Assembly (NCBI RefSeq): GCF_964213995.1 | Contig: NW_027590134.1 | Location: 868,001 to 932,000, forward strand | Reading direction: 5' to 3' | DNA: 64,000 nucleotides | Origin: Mustelus asterias | Lineage: Eukaryota | Shown: piece after piece, positions 37,361-49,445 of the stretch | Layout: each line of letters begins with the position of its first letter | Position numbering within the stretch: the stretch's first letter is position 1 | The notes under the pieces: generated by a model | Told to the model about the DNA's origin: nothing | Databases searched by the model: none | What the model saw: the letters and a program-made list of their open reading frames with translations, nothing else | Translations under genes and position numbers: made by a program

Positions 37361-39082
37361 AGAACAAAGAACAAAGAAAATTACAGCACAGGAACATGCC
37401 CTTCGGCCCTGCACCGACCTTGCTGCCCAACTGAACCCCCGACCCTTCCAGGGACCATATCCCACTATTCCCATCCTATTCATGTATTTGTCCAGACGCC
37501 CCTTAAAACTCACTATTGTATCTGCTTCAACCACCTTCCCCGGCAGTGAGTTCCAGGCACCCACCACCATCTGTGCAAAAAACTTGCCTCATACATCTCC
37601 TTTAAACCTTGCCCCTCGCACCTTAAACCGATGCCCCCCAGTAATTGACCCTTCCACCCTGGGGAAAAAGCTTCCGACTGTCCACTCTGTCCATGCCCCT
37701 CATAATCTTGTAGCCTTCCATCAGGTCGCCGCTCAACCTCTGTCGTTCCAGAGAGAACAAACCAAGTTTCTCCAACCTCTCCTCACAGCTAATATCCTCC
37801 ATACCAGCCAACATCTTGGTAAGTCTTTGCTGTACCCTCTCCAAAGTCTCCACATCCTTCTGGTAGTGTGGCAACCAGAACTGAACACTCTATTCCAAAT
37901 GCAGCCTAACTAAGATTCTATAAAGCTGCAACATGACTTGCCAATTTTTAAACTCAATGCCCCGGCCGATGAAGGCAAGCATGCCGTATGCCTTCTTGAC
38001 TACTTTCTCCACCTGCGTTGCCACTTTCAGTGACCTGTGTACCTGTACACCCAGATCCCTTTGCCTATCAATACTCCTAAGGGTTCTGCCATTGACTGTA
38101 TATTTCCTATCTGTATTAGACCATCCAAAATGCATTACCTCACAGTTGTCCGGATTAAACTCCATCTGCCATCTCTCCGTCCAAGCCCCCAACCTATCTA
38201 TATCCTGCTGTATCCTCTGATGGTGCTCATCGCTATCTGCAAATCCACCAACCTTTGTGTTGTTCGCAAACTAACTAATCAAACCAGTTGCATTTTCCTC
38301 CAAATCAGTTACATCTTTTACGAACAGCAAAGGTCCCAGCACTGATCCCTGAGGAACGCCAAATGTCACAGTCCTCCATTCAGAATCGCACCCTTCCACT
38401 GCTACCCTCTGTCTTCTGTTACCAAGCCAGTTCTGTATCCACCTTGCCAGCTCACCTCTGATCCCTTGTGACTTCACCTTCTGCACCATTCTGCCATGAG
38501 GGACCTTGTCAAAGGCCTTACTGAAGTCCATGTAGACAACATCCACTGCCCTACCCTCATCAACCATCTTCGTCACTTCCTCAAAAAACTCGATCAAGTT
38601 AGTGAGACATGACCAGCCCTTCACAAAACTATATTGCCTCTCGCAAATACATCCACTAATTTCCAAGTGGCAGTAAATCCTGTAGCCAGTGAGGATACAA
38701 AAATTTCTCTCAAGGCCCCAGCAATTTCCTCCCTTGCCTCTCCCAGTATTTTGGGGTATATCCCATCAGGCCCTGGGGACTTGTCTACCTTAATATTCCT
38801 CATGAACCCCAACACTTGATCTCAACATTACTCAAACTATCAACACATCCTTTCCCAGATTCATTATCCACCAAGTCCTTCTCTATGGTGAATACTGACA
38901 CAATGAACTAATTGAATACCTCACCCATTTCCTCTGGCTCCACGCATAGATTTCCTCCTTTGTCCTTGAGTGGGCCAACCCTCTCCCTGGCTATCCTCTT
39001 GCTCTTTATATATGTATAAAAAGCCTTGGTATTTTCCTTAATCCTGCTGGGCAATGATTTTTTGTGACCCCTTTTAGCCCTA
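37361..39082 (-). mobile_element. CR1 fragment inserted in satellite A
   Basis: RT ORFs between 37623 and 38815; (agaacaa)n tail. Confidence 0.88.
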
Positions 39083-40209
39083 TATTAACTCTCTCTCCAA
39101 TCTATTACTGTGTGCCAATGTGAAATTAACTCTCAATCTATTACTGTGTGTGTGGAATTAACTCTCCCTCAATCTATTACAGTGTCAGCATGGAATTAAC
39201 TCTCTCTGTCTATCTATTACTGTGTCCATGTGGAATTAACTCTCTCAATTTATTACTGTGTGAAAGTGTGGAATTAACTCTCTCTCAACCTATTACTGTG
39301 TGAGCGTTGAATTAACTCACTCTCAATCTATTACTGTGTCAGTGTGGAATTCACTCTCTCACAATCTATTACAGTGCGGAATTAACTCCCTCTCAATCTG
39401 TTGCTGTGTGAGAGCATGGAAGTAACTCTCAATCTATTCCTGTGAGAGTGTGGAATTGACTCTCTCTCAATCTATTACAGTGAGAGAGTGTGGAATTAGC
39501 TCTCTCTCAATCTATTTCAGTGTCAGTGTGGAATTAACTCTTTCTGAATCTATTACTGTCTGGGAACATGGAATAACTCTCTCTCTATCTAATGCTGTGT
39601 GTGGGTGTGGAATTAACTCTCTCTCAATCGATTAGTGTGTCTGAATGTGGAATTAACTCTCTCTCAATCTATTACTGTGCATGAGTGTGGAATTAACATT
39701 TTCTCAATCTATTACTGTGTGTGTGTGGAATTAACTCTCTCAATCTATTACTGTGTGAGAGTGTGGAATTAACGCTGTCAGCCATTCTCTGTTCATGTGT
39801 TTCAGTATGGAATTACATCAGTTCATCTAGATTAGTGAATGCGAGGATGGAATTAAATCTGTATTTGTTATTCACTATTACCGAATGTGAGTGGGCCATT
39901 AACTCTCTGCTCATCGCTGTTATAGCATGTGAGAGTGGAATTAACGGTCAGTCTTGGTTATTGTGTATGAATGTAGCATTAACTCTTGCTCAGTAGAATT
40001 GAATGTGTAATTAACTCTGGCTGTGTTACTGTATGTTAGTGTGGAATTGATTTTCTATCCTTTAATCACCATCACTGGATTTATGTTTGCAATTACCGTT
40101 GTGGCAATCTCTGTTACTGCATCTGAATGTATAATTCACTCCCTATCTATCAATAATAATGTGTGAAATTATCTCACTGTCTGTCAGTCTCTGTTACTGC
40201 ATGGAAGTG

Positions 40210-41120
40210 GGTCACTGTCAGCTTAGCAAACTGCTGCTTGCAGAGAGCCACATGGATCAGTGCTGGGTTCTCAGCTATTTACAATCTATATTAATGGCCC
40301 AGATGAAGGGACAGACCATCACCAAATTTTCAGACAATACATAAATAGGTGGGGAAGTAGGTTGTGAGGAGGACACAAAGAGTCTGTAAGGAGATATAGT
40401 GAGGTTAAGTGAATGGACACAAATCTGTCAGGTAGGATACAATGTAGGAAAATGTGAGGCTTTCCACTTCAGTGGGAAGGATGGGAAGGCAGAACATTAT
40501 TTAAATAGAGAGGGAGATACAGCAGATTGATCCAGAAAAGGAGGAAATAACTCTAATTATAAGTACATATGTGGAGTATCAAAGTAGGGAAATGTTGCTA
40601 CAAATACATGATATTGCTGAATTTAAAGGTTTTCTCCGATTTGAAGAGGGAGATACTTGTATTGGAGGCAGTGAAGATTCACTCGGCTGATTGCTGAGAT
40701 GAAGGAGTTATCTTATGAGGAAAGTTCAATCAAGTTGAGCCGATCTCAAAAGTTGAGAAGAATGAGAGATGATCAGATTGAAACATTGAAGGATCTGAGG
40801 GAATTGGACAGGGTAGATATTGAGAGGAATGTTTTCATTTGTGGGCAAAAATAAAACAAGACGACACAGTTTAAAAATAAAGTATGCCCCACTTTAGATG
40901 GAGATGAGAAGAAATTTCTCTTCTCAAAATGTCCTTAATTTGTGGAATTTAATAGATTCCATCCTAAGTTAGAACGCGTTTTGATCTACAGGAGAGACAA
41001 GGGTTATGGGGCAGGCAATTAAATGGAGTTGAGGCCATAATCACATTAACCATGATCTTACCGAATGGTGGGGCAACCCTAAAGAACAAACTGCCTTCTG
41101 CTGCTCCTGCTTCTTATGTT
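40210..41120 (+). mobile_element. Decayed CR1 3' fragment
   Basis: ggatcagtgctggg, KFSDNT and a CR1-like 3' UTR. Confidence 0.7.
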
Positions 41121-41659
41121 CTGATTTGATGTCAATGTGGGACTAACTCACTGTCTGTTAGGCTCTGTTCCAGTATTTCAGTGTGAAATTAACTCAAGCT
41201 TGATACTGCTTATGAGTGCAGAACTGATTTGCTGTCGATTATTTATTCTATATGAGAGTGCAATGTCTCTGCCAGTCTCTGTTCCTGTACAGGAAACTTT
41301 GATGAGAAATGTTTGGCCTCGACTGGTCTCAAATGTACTCAAGGTTAAACCAATCAGCTTTTCCTCCATCAACACTCCAGTTCAAAGCCAGGTAACAAGA
41401 ACGTACCTTCACAGAACATCCACCCTCATTCCAAAGGGTTCTTCATTTGTCTATTTCAGGCCTCAGTTTTCTGAACAGCTGCAATATTTCACCGGTAAAA
41501 TCATGTGGACACTGAACATCTGAAACAAAGTGAAAATTCTGGAATGACTCAACAGGTCAGAGAGAAACAGAGTTCATGTTTCAGCTCTCTGACAATTGGC
41601 TTGCATTAAAACACGTACTGATGTCTGTGAATGGCAGCAGCCATTAATTTCCACATGAG

Positions 41660-42005
41660 GAATTAATGGTGGAGTGGTATTGTCACTGGACCATGATCCG
41701 GAGTAATGCAATGGGACCTGAATATCACCACAACAGAGTGACATTTGAGCTCAATAAACATCTGGAAATAAAGGTCTAATGATGGCCATGTCGTAAAAAC
41801 CCACTTGATTCACTGATGTCCCTTTCGACAAGCAAATCTGCCCACATGACCTCTTCTGGCCTACATGTGACTCCAGACACACAGCAATGTGTTTGACTCT
41901 TAAATGCCCTCTGAAATGGCCTAACAAGCCGCTCAGTTCAAAGGTAATTAGTGCAATGAATGCTGGCCAAGCCAGTGACGCACACATCACATGAATGAAT
42001 AAAAA
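41660..42005 (+). mobile_element. Deu-domain SINE (SacSINE1-like); second copy at about 48940-49265
   Basis: ttcactgatgtccctt...tggcctacatgtgactccagac...cagcaatgtgtttgactcttaaatgccctctg, with a catgaatgaat tail. Confidence 0.65.
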
Positions 42006-42374
42006 TAATTCTCTGCGCCCCAGAAAGCGCTCTATCCAACACACTGACTTGCCCAGGCACTGAGAGTGGGCATGCTCCCCAGGGGCAGCCGCGGGGCAAT
42101 CGGTGCTGGAACTTTCCCCACTGCCACTTGTCTCCCATTCCACCAAGCTGCCTGTGTCCTTTTGAAGTTTCCCACTTTCCTCCTCACAGTTGCCAATGCC
42201 TCCAAGTTTGCTGGCGTGTGGAAATGTTGAGCTTGTGTCCTGTACACCAATGTGTGTGTCATTAATATATATCAGGAAGAGCAGGGCTCCTAACACCGAG
42301 CCCTGGGGAACTCCACTGGAAACCTTCCTCCAGTCTGAAAAACAACCATTAACCACTGCTCTCTGTTTCCTCTC

Positions 42375-42960
42375 TGTGGTGAACCATCGTTGGTTCCCAC
42401 TGGATAGTACTGAGCCAGGGGCTGGCCAGTACTACAAGGATGTACATATGTTACTGTTGGGTTGTGCTATTGTTGCTGTTGGGGTTAGGGTGGGGTTGTT
42501 ACACCTTTGTACTGTAGTGTTGTGGCACATCCCAGTCGGGCTCCGCCTCCTGGGAGAGGTATAAGAGTCCCTGCTCTGGCCGGGACCCCTTCAGTCTGGG
42601 ATAGTGTATATAAGTTCTGGGAGCTTCGTTACAGTAAATAAAAGCCTTTCATTTACTGAGCTTCAGGCCTCGTGTTTGAGTAGCGCATCAATTTTATTTA
42701 CTGTAACGAAGCTGCCAGAACTTATATACACTATCCCAGACTGAAGGGGTCCCGGCCAGAGCAGGGACTCTTATACCTCTACCAGGAGGCGGAGCCCGAC
42801 TGGGATGTGCCACAACACTACAGTACATAGGTGTAACAACCCCACCCTAACCCCAACAGCAACAATAGCACAACCCAACAGTAACATATGTACATCCTTG
42901 TAGTACTGGCCAGCCCCTGGCTCAGCACTATCCAGTGGGAACCAACGATGGTTCACCACA
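42375..42960. mobile_element. Palindromic LTR-derived element: LTR 42375-42690 (TG...CA) followed by an inverted copy
   Basis: 269-bp arms (42375-42643 and 42692-42960) with about 4 mismatches; TATATAA at 42607; AATAAA at about 42637; TSD CTCTC. Inserted at the edge of a CR1 fragment (about 42125-42374). Confidence 0.85.
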
Positions 42961-42984
42961 CTCTCACTCACACTATTCCATATG

Positions 42985-43260
42985 GGGCGGTGAGGATGGC
43001 CTCGCTGCACCATCCGCTTCATGGTGCCGCGCCGCCGGCTCCCTCGCCGCACGTCTGCCGAGCCCGGCGGCTCTGATTCGGGCTCTGAGAGCCGCTGAGA
43101 CTCTCCGCTGTTGCGCCTGCACAGTTCCGCTCAGCTCAGCTTCCGGGAGCTGCTACGCGCAGACAGGCGGCCTCCGGGGCGGAGCATCCCGACGCCTGCG
43201 CAGTGCGGATCATTCTGAATGATATATATCGTATTCACGCTCGCGGCGCATCTTGGGTTA
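42985..43260. promoter_or_regulatory. CpG island / promoter-like region
   Basis: CpG-dense; NRF1-like CGCCTGCGCA (about 43193-43202) and GCGCCTGCACA; GGGGCGG box. Confidence 0.55.
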
Positions 43261-43732
43261 CGCTGCCCACCATTTCATGGAATAATACAGCATATGGGGT
43301 TATATTTAAACCCACCGGAATTCTGCCAGAGATTTCGTAGCGAATCCGTCCCATTTCCTCTTTATGCCCTAAAATTCGCCCTTTAAAACGGTTTTTCTCC
43401 AACTGCTCTTTGAAAAAATTTTGCATCAGATTCCCAGTTTTTAGACAGCGTATTCAGGATTCACAGAAACTAGCTACCTATGTAAGTAAACATGTGTTTG
43501 CTCACAATCTCTTTACTTTTTTAACAAATCATAATGAATCAGTGTCCTCATGTAACAGGAACAATTTATGCCAATTTACTCTATTAAAGCTGTCCATGAT
43601 TTTGAACACCTCCATGAAAACTCCTGTTAACGTGCCTGCCGACATCAAAAGCTATGAATGCTGGAAGTACAAACTTAATTTTGAAAATCTGGATGTACAC
43701 AACAAGTATGCACCTGCGGGGGTAAATAGTGA

Positions 43733-44868
43733 TGATGTGGAGATGCCGGCGTTGGACTGGGGTAAACACAGTAAGAAGTTTAACAACACCAGGTTAAAGT
43801 CCAACAGGTTTATTTGGTAGCAAAAGCCACACAAGCTTTCGAGGCTCTGAGCCCCTTCTTCAGGTGAGTGGGAATTCTGTTCACAAACAGAACTTATAAG
43901 ACACAGACTCAATTTACATGAATAATGGTTGGAATGCGAATACTTACAACTAATCCAGTCTTTAAGAAACAAAACAATGGGAGTGGAGAGAGCATCAAGA
44001 CAGGCTAAAAAGATGTGTATTGTCTCCAGACAAGACAGCCAGTGAAACTCTGCAGGTCCACGCAACTGTGGGAGTTACAAATAGTGTGACATAAATTCTG
44101 ATTCTAGGATCGCATGATAAAGACTCAGGAGGAAAAAAGCAGAAATATTTATGTGAAATAGTGTGACATAAACCCAATATCCCGGTTGAGGCCGTCCTTG
44201 TGTGTGCGGAACCTGGCTATCAGTTTCTGCTCCGCGACTCTGCGCTGTCGTGTGTCGCGAAGGCCGCCTTGGAGAACGCTTACCCGAATATCAGAGGCCG
44301 AATGCCCGTGACCGCACTTCAGCGGTCACGGGCATTCGGCCTCTGATATTCGGGTAAGCGTTCTCCAAGGCGGCCTTCGCGACACACGACAGCGCAGAGT
44401 CGCGGAGCAGAAACTGATAGCCAGGTTCCGCACACACAAGGACGGCCTCAACCGGGATATTGGGTTTATGTCACACTATTTCACATAAATATTTCTGCTT
44501 TTTTCCTCCTGAGTCTTTATCATGCGATCCTAGAATCAGAATTTATGTCACACTATTTGTAACTCCCACAGTTGCGTGGACCTGCAGAGTTTCACTGGCT
44601 GTCTTGTCTGGAGACAATACACATCTTTTTAGCCTGTCTTGATGCTCTCTCCACTCCCATTGTTTTGTTTCTTAAAGACTGGATTAGTTGTAAGTATTCG
44701 CATTCCAACCATTATTCATGTAAATTGAGTCTGTGTCTTATAAGTTCTGTTTGTGAACAGAATTCCCACTCACCTGAAGAAGGGGCTCAGAGCCTCGAAA
44801 GCTTGTGTGGCTTTTGCTACCAAATAAACCTGTTGGACTTTAACCTGGTGTTGTTAAACTTCTTACTG
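43733..44868. mobile_element. Penelope-like element as a palindrome with 547-bp arms, encoding a GIY-YIG C-terminus and hammerhead motifs
   Basis: Arms 43769-44315 and 44322-44868; TSD GGTAAATAGTGA. 44315-44488 translates HFSGHGHSASDIRVSVLQGGLRDTRQRRVAEQKLIARFRTHKDGLNRDIGFMSHYFT*. Confidence 0.9.
44771..44807 (+). ncRNA. Minimal type I hammerhead ribozyme motif (mirror copy on - strand at about 43830-43866)
   Basis: CAC-CTGAAGA-AGGGGCTCAGAGCCTC-GAAA-GCTT-GTG: conserved core, stem II and short palindromic stem III. Confidence 0.65.
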
Positions 44869-45889
44869 GGTAAATAGTGACCAGGTTTAAACTTACAGAT
44901 CAACATCCTTTCATCAGCACTGGTGAAAGTTACAAATGTGAGCGAAGATTTTAAGAAAATGCTACGGAGAACGGCAGATGGCAAAAAAAAACCAAAAGGG
45001 AGGTTTGTGATTGTGTGCAACACAAGTGCATAAAATGGCAAACAGTCTAAAGGAAATAGTAAGAGTACAAGTAAAGATAGTGAGCACTGTGTCGTCAAGA
45101 GGGGTGCATGAGTTCCATTGGAGCACTAGAGAAGACCAAGGACAGAATGATCAGTGTGAGCAAAGCACAGAATTAAAATGATAGGAATTATCACAAATAG
45201 TGTGATACTTGTGGACTGAATGGAAATGTTCCACAATCTGTGCATCTGTCATCAGAATGTAGAGCAGAGTACATTGTGAGCAGCAAATACAGCACACTAC
45301 ATTTAAATGATTAGTCCAGGAGGATTCATTGAGGGGGTTTCTGATGAGGAGAAAAGAGGTAAAAGGCCTGTTGTTGCACCTTGACAGGTGCCATGGAAAG
45401 TCAAAACGACTAGTAGAAGCTGTTAGAAAAGGACTGCGGTATTCGGCGGGGAAGGAATGTTTGGTGACAGCATCACACAAGCTAGAGGTGGTAAAAATGC
45501 TGAGAGCTAATCCATTGAAAAAGTTGGTAATTTAAAGGAGGAAGCATTATCATAATATAGAGAAGATAGAGACGGGGTGAGAGCAGAGGTGTGGGACAAG
45601 AGCAGACACAGATGAGTATGCTGTCAGCCACAGAGTGGGGAGATCAGTGGCTGAGGAAAAAGGAAGAAATATCAGAATTTCTCAAATGGAAAGCTCCATT
45701 ATCAGTACGCATTGTTCAAGACCTTAATTATACGGCCAGGAGAAATATTGATGTATCTGAACGTTTTATGTTTCAATTTTGTAGAATACATTCAATGCTC
45801 ACAATGTGGTTTGCTCTGGGTTGGATAGATTGAGTGTCTGCTTTGTGAAACACCTGTCTTCAGGCAGAACAAAGATTCAAATCCAAGCT

Positions 45890-46640
45890 TAAACTGAAGT
45901 CCCAGCTCTAAACAAAGGAAACTCAGAATGTATTACAGGTGAGTTGGCTAAAATAGATTGGGGAACTCGATGAAGGGGCACGAAGGTGGATAGACAGTGT
46001 CTGATATTTAAGGAAGAAATGCTTGCATTGTAACAGTTGTACATTTCCTTCAGTCGCAAAAACATAACAGGAAAAATGACCCAATCATGGCTAATAAAAT
46101 TAGGTATTATTAGATCTGATGATGATTTTTATAAAGTTGAAAGAAAAAGTTGAAACCCGAAGGATTGGGAACAGTTTTTATTTCAGGAAAGGAGGACAAA
46201 GAGATTGATTAGAGGGATAAAATGCTGTACGAGAGTGAACTTGCAAGTCGCTTACAATTGGATTGTTAAAGCTTATGTTAGTATGTGAAAAAATATAACA
46301 AAGATAAATTTAGGTGCTTTGCATTCGGATATGGGCAAATTTATAATGGAGAACAAGGAAATGGCAGCGCAATTAAATAAGTGTTTTCATGCTGTCTTCA
46401 TGGAGAAACACACAAATAACTTCCCAGCAATGCTCGGGAACCATGGTCTAGAAATTGGGGGGATTTAATATTACTAAAATATATAGTGCTGGAGAAATTA
46501 CTGGGACTGAGGGCTGAAAAATCTCCAAAGCCCAATAATCTACATCACAGGGTTCTAAACGAAGTGGCAATGGGAAGAATGGATCCAACATTCTCTACAT
46601 TCTTTAACAGTCTAAGCAGTTTGGAGAGTGGAAAATCTAA
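45890..46640 (+). mobile_element. Decayed CR1 ORF2 fragment
   Basis: Degenerate ELAKIDW, ENKEMAAQLN and GLRAEKSP motifs. Confidence 0.7.
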
Positions 46641-46645
46641 CCCCT

Positions 46646-47383
46646 GAGCACAGTTTCACAGCAGAGAGCACAGTTCCACAGCAGAGATCACAGTTTGACA
46701 GCAGAGAGCACAGTTCCACAGCAGAGAGTATTTTTCCACAACAGGGAAATGAGTTCCACAGCGGAGATCACAGTTCCACAGCGGAGATCACAGTTCCACA
46801 GCAGGGATCACAGTACCACAGCAGATATCACAGTTCCACAGCAGAGAGCACAGTTCCACAGCAGAGAGCACAGTTCCACAGCAGGGAGCGCAGTTCCACA
46901 GCAGGGAGCGCAGTTCCACAGCAGAGAACGCAGTTCCACAGCAGAGAGCACAGGTCCACAGCAGAGAGCACAGTTCCACAGCAGAGATCACAGTTCCACA
47001 GCAGAGATCACAGATCCAGAGCAGAGATCACAGATCCACAGCAGAGATCACAGATCCACAGCAGAGATCACAGTTCCACAGCGGAGAGCACAGTTCCACA
47101 GCAGAGAGCACATTTCCACAGCAGGGAGCACAGTTCCACAGCAGAGAGCACAGTTCCACAGCAGAGTTCACAGTTCCACAGCAGAGCACAGTTCCACAGC
47201 ACTGAGAACTTTTCCACAACAGGGAAAAGAGTTCCACAGCAGAGATCACAGTTCCACAGCAGAAAGTACAGTTCCACAGCAGGGATCACAGTTCCACAGC
47301 AGGGATCACAGTTCCGCAGCAGGGATCACAGTTCCGCAGCAGGGATCACAGTTCCACAGCAGGGATCGCAGTTCCACAGCAGA
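46646..47383. repeat. Satellite B, 20-bp unit cagttccacagcagagagca (about 37 copies)
   Basis: Directly visible tandem array. Confidence 0.95.
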
Positions 47384-47678
47384 GGATCTATTTAGAAACA
47401 AGGAAGCAGAATTAAACAAGAAGAAGGTGGTTAGAAACAGGAGACATCTTGGGATTTACATTAATGACCACTCAGTCCATTCTCCTTTGCCTGTGTGTGA
47501 TCTTGTGTATCCTGACTATCTGTCGCTTCGTCTGTGTGTCTTTCTGTGTTTTCCATTCTTGGTGACAGTGGAATTGTGGCGCCAGGGGGAGCAGCCGAGC
47601 GCATGCACTCCAATGATGAACACGGAAGTGAATACCTGTGACACATTCACAATAGCTCGCAGGCAATTTTAATTGTGG

Positions 47679-47750
47679 AGCAGAGTGGCGCAGCGGAAGC
47701 GTGCTGGGCCCATAACCCAGAGGTCGATGGATCGAAACCATTCTCTGCTA
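47679..47750 (+). tRNA. Initiator tRNA-Met(CAT)
   Basis: AGCAGAGTGGCGCAGCGGAAGCGTGCTGGGCCCATAACCCAGAGGTCGATGGATCGAAACCATTCTCTGCTA: A1-U72 pair, ATCG T-loop, one C>T giving G-U in the T stem, TTTT terminator. Confidence 0.93.
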
Positions 47751-49445
47751 TTACGTTTTGAGCAACAGCAAAAATAATTCCTCAGCGGCTCCTTCAAAAT
47801 GATTTGACATTTCCGCCCAGGATGCTGTAATTTTCTTCCGCTTCTCGCTACTAGTTAACATTTGAATGAACAACAGATCGCTAAAATGCCATTTCCTCAC
47901 ACACGGACACAAGCTGTAAATATTGCAAAGATACACAAGCCAAGGTTTTTCCCTTTCAGCCCGTTTCTCCCAAACAGCTGACACAGGCGTGATGATCCGA
48001 ATGATCTTGAATTATTCACCATCACTCTATGATTGTCCGAATAGAAAAAAAGCTATTTTCTGAAAATGAAAACAATCTAGTGAAGTTTAGACATATTAAC
48101 TGCACTATTTCTGATCTCCGGGGCACTCTGCAGTAAGCCACCATGCTTATATGGGCAGCAGCGTGCTCCCTGTGACATGTACTATTCAGAAGGACAAGAA
48201 TATCAGCACAGTGGACACAGCATCACGTTAAAGACAGAGTTAATCCTTATTTGGACAGAAATCACTATTTTTTTCTTAATTACTGGTTTAAAACATGAAA
48301 TTCAGTTCCCAAAATCACCATAAACTGAGAAAGTGAAGTTTCCTTTCTTCAGGCTTGCATTAGATACACATTGTATGAAATACTTTTTTCAGTCTCTCTG
48401 ATTGTTCCCTTGATTGGCCTCTTCATAGCTGGACGGATTTTAACGTGTTCAGTTTACAACACATTTCACCCTTCTCGGCCTTACTTCAGGTCAAAACTGT
48501 GACCTGCGTGTGTCCTTTCTCCACGCACTGAATGTCTGCCTCTAAAATATTGTGGTCACTCAGTGTTTGATGTTTATTTACTGTCAGATTATTAATTAAT
48601 CCTGCTCCTGCCTCATTACTAATATTAGTGGAACCTTTTGTCTTGTGCTTTCCAAAGCAAGGTGGAGGGCAGGAGTGATTAAGTAATAAAAGAATTGGTG
48701 CTGCAAGGCTAAAGGGAGTGGGAAAGGAACAAGTAACAGCAAACAGAGATGTGTCTGAAGGAGGTGTGAATGGAAGAATGATGAACAGCTGCCAGCTGAA
48801 AGCAAAATCAAGAGAAAATATAGATGAAAACCAAAAATCAAAATAAAATGGAATCAATTATGACGGTTACTATCATGTTAGAAATACGGACAGGAGTCAG
48901 GCCATTCAGCCCCTCAATCCTGCATCATCATTCAAGAAGGGGAGGCGATGGTCTCGTGGTATCATCGCTAGACTATTAATCTGGAAACTCAGCTAATGTT
49001 CTGGGCACCCATGTTCGAAACCCTCCACAGCAGATGGTAGAATTTGATTTCAATCAAAAGTAATTTGAAAATAAGAATCTAGTGATGGCGATGGAACCAT
49101 TGTTGGAAAAATCCATCTGGTTCACTAATGTGCTTTAGGGCAGGAAATCTGATGAAATTACCTTGTGTGGCCGACATGTGACTTCAGAGCGACAGCAATG
49201 TGGTTGACTCGATACGTGGATGGGTAATAAATGCTGGCCAGTGATGCACACATCCTATGAATGGACCAAGGAAAAAGATCATAACTAAAATAATTGTGGC
49301 TGCAATTCGACTTTTCGAACTTTTGCAGCAATCATTCACTCCCTTGTATAATCTGTCTAATTCAGCCTAGAACATATTCAATGATCCAGTCTCAACTGTT
49401 GTCTGGGGAAGGGAATTCCACTGACTAACGATCCTCTGAGATGAG

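Larger units (their letters stand above)
31172..39775. repeat. Satellite A, ~36-40-bp unit tgtggaattaactctctctcaatctattactgtgtgtgag, in four blocks (31172-32605, 33616-33987, 35829-37360, 39084-39775)
   Basis: Directly visible tandem array; degenerate units continue to about 40200 and at 41140-41290. Confidence 0.92.

Noticed and set aside
31172-39775. Cys-rich ORFs (CGINSLSIYYC), or a CRISPR-like array
   Set aside because: Head-to-tail satellite with no unique spacers and no cas genes, in eukaryotic DNA.
46628-47672. 255-aa and 325-aa ORFs
   Set aside because: Translations of the stop-free 20-bp satellite B; no protein features.
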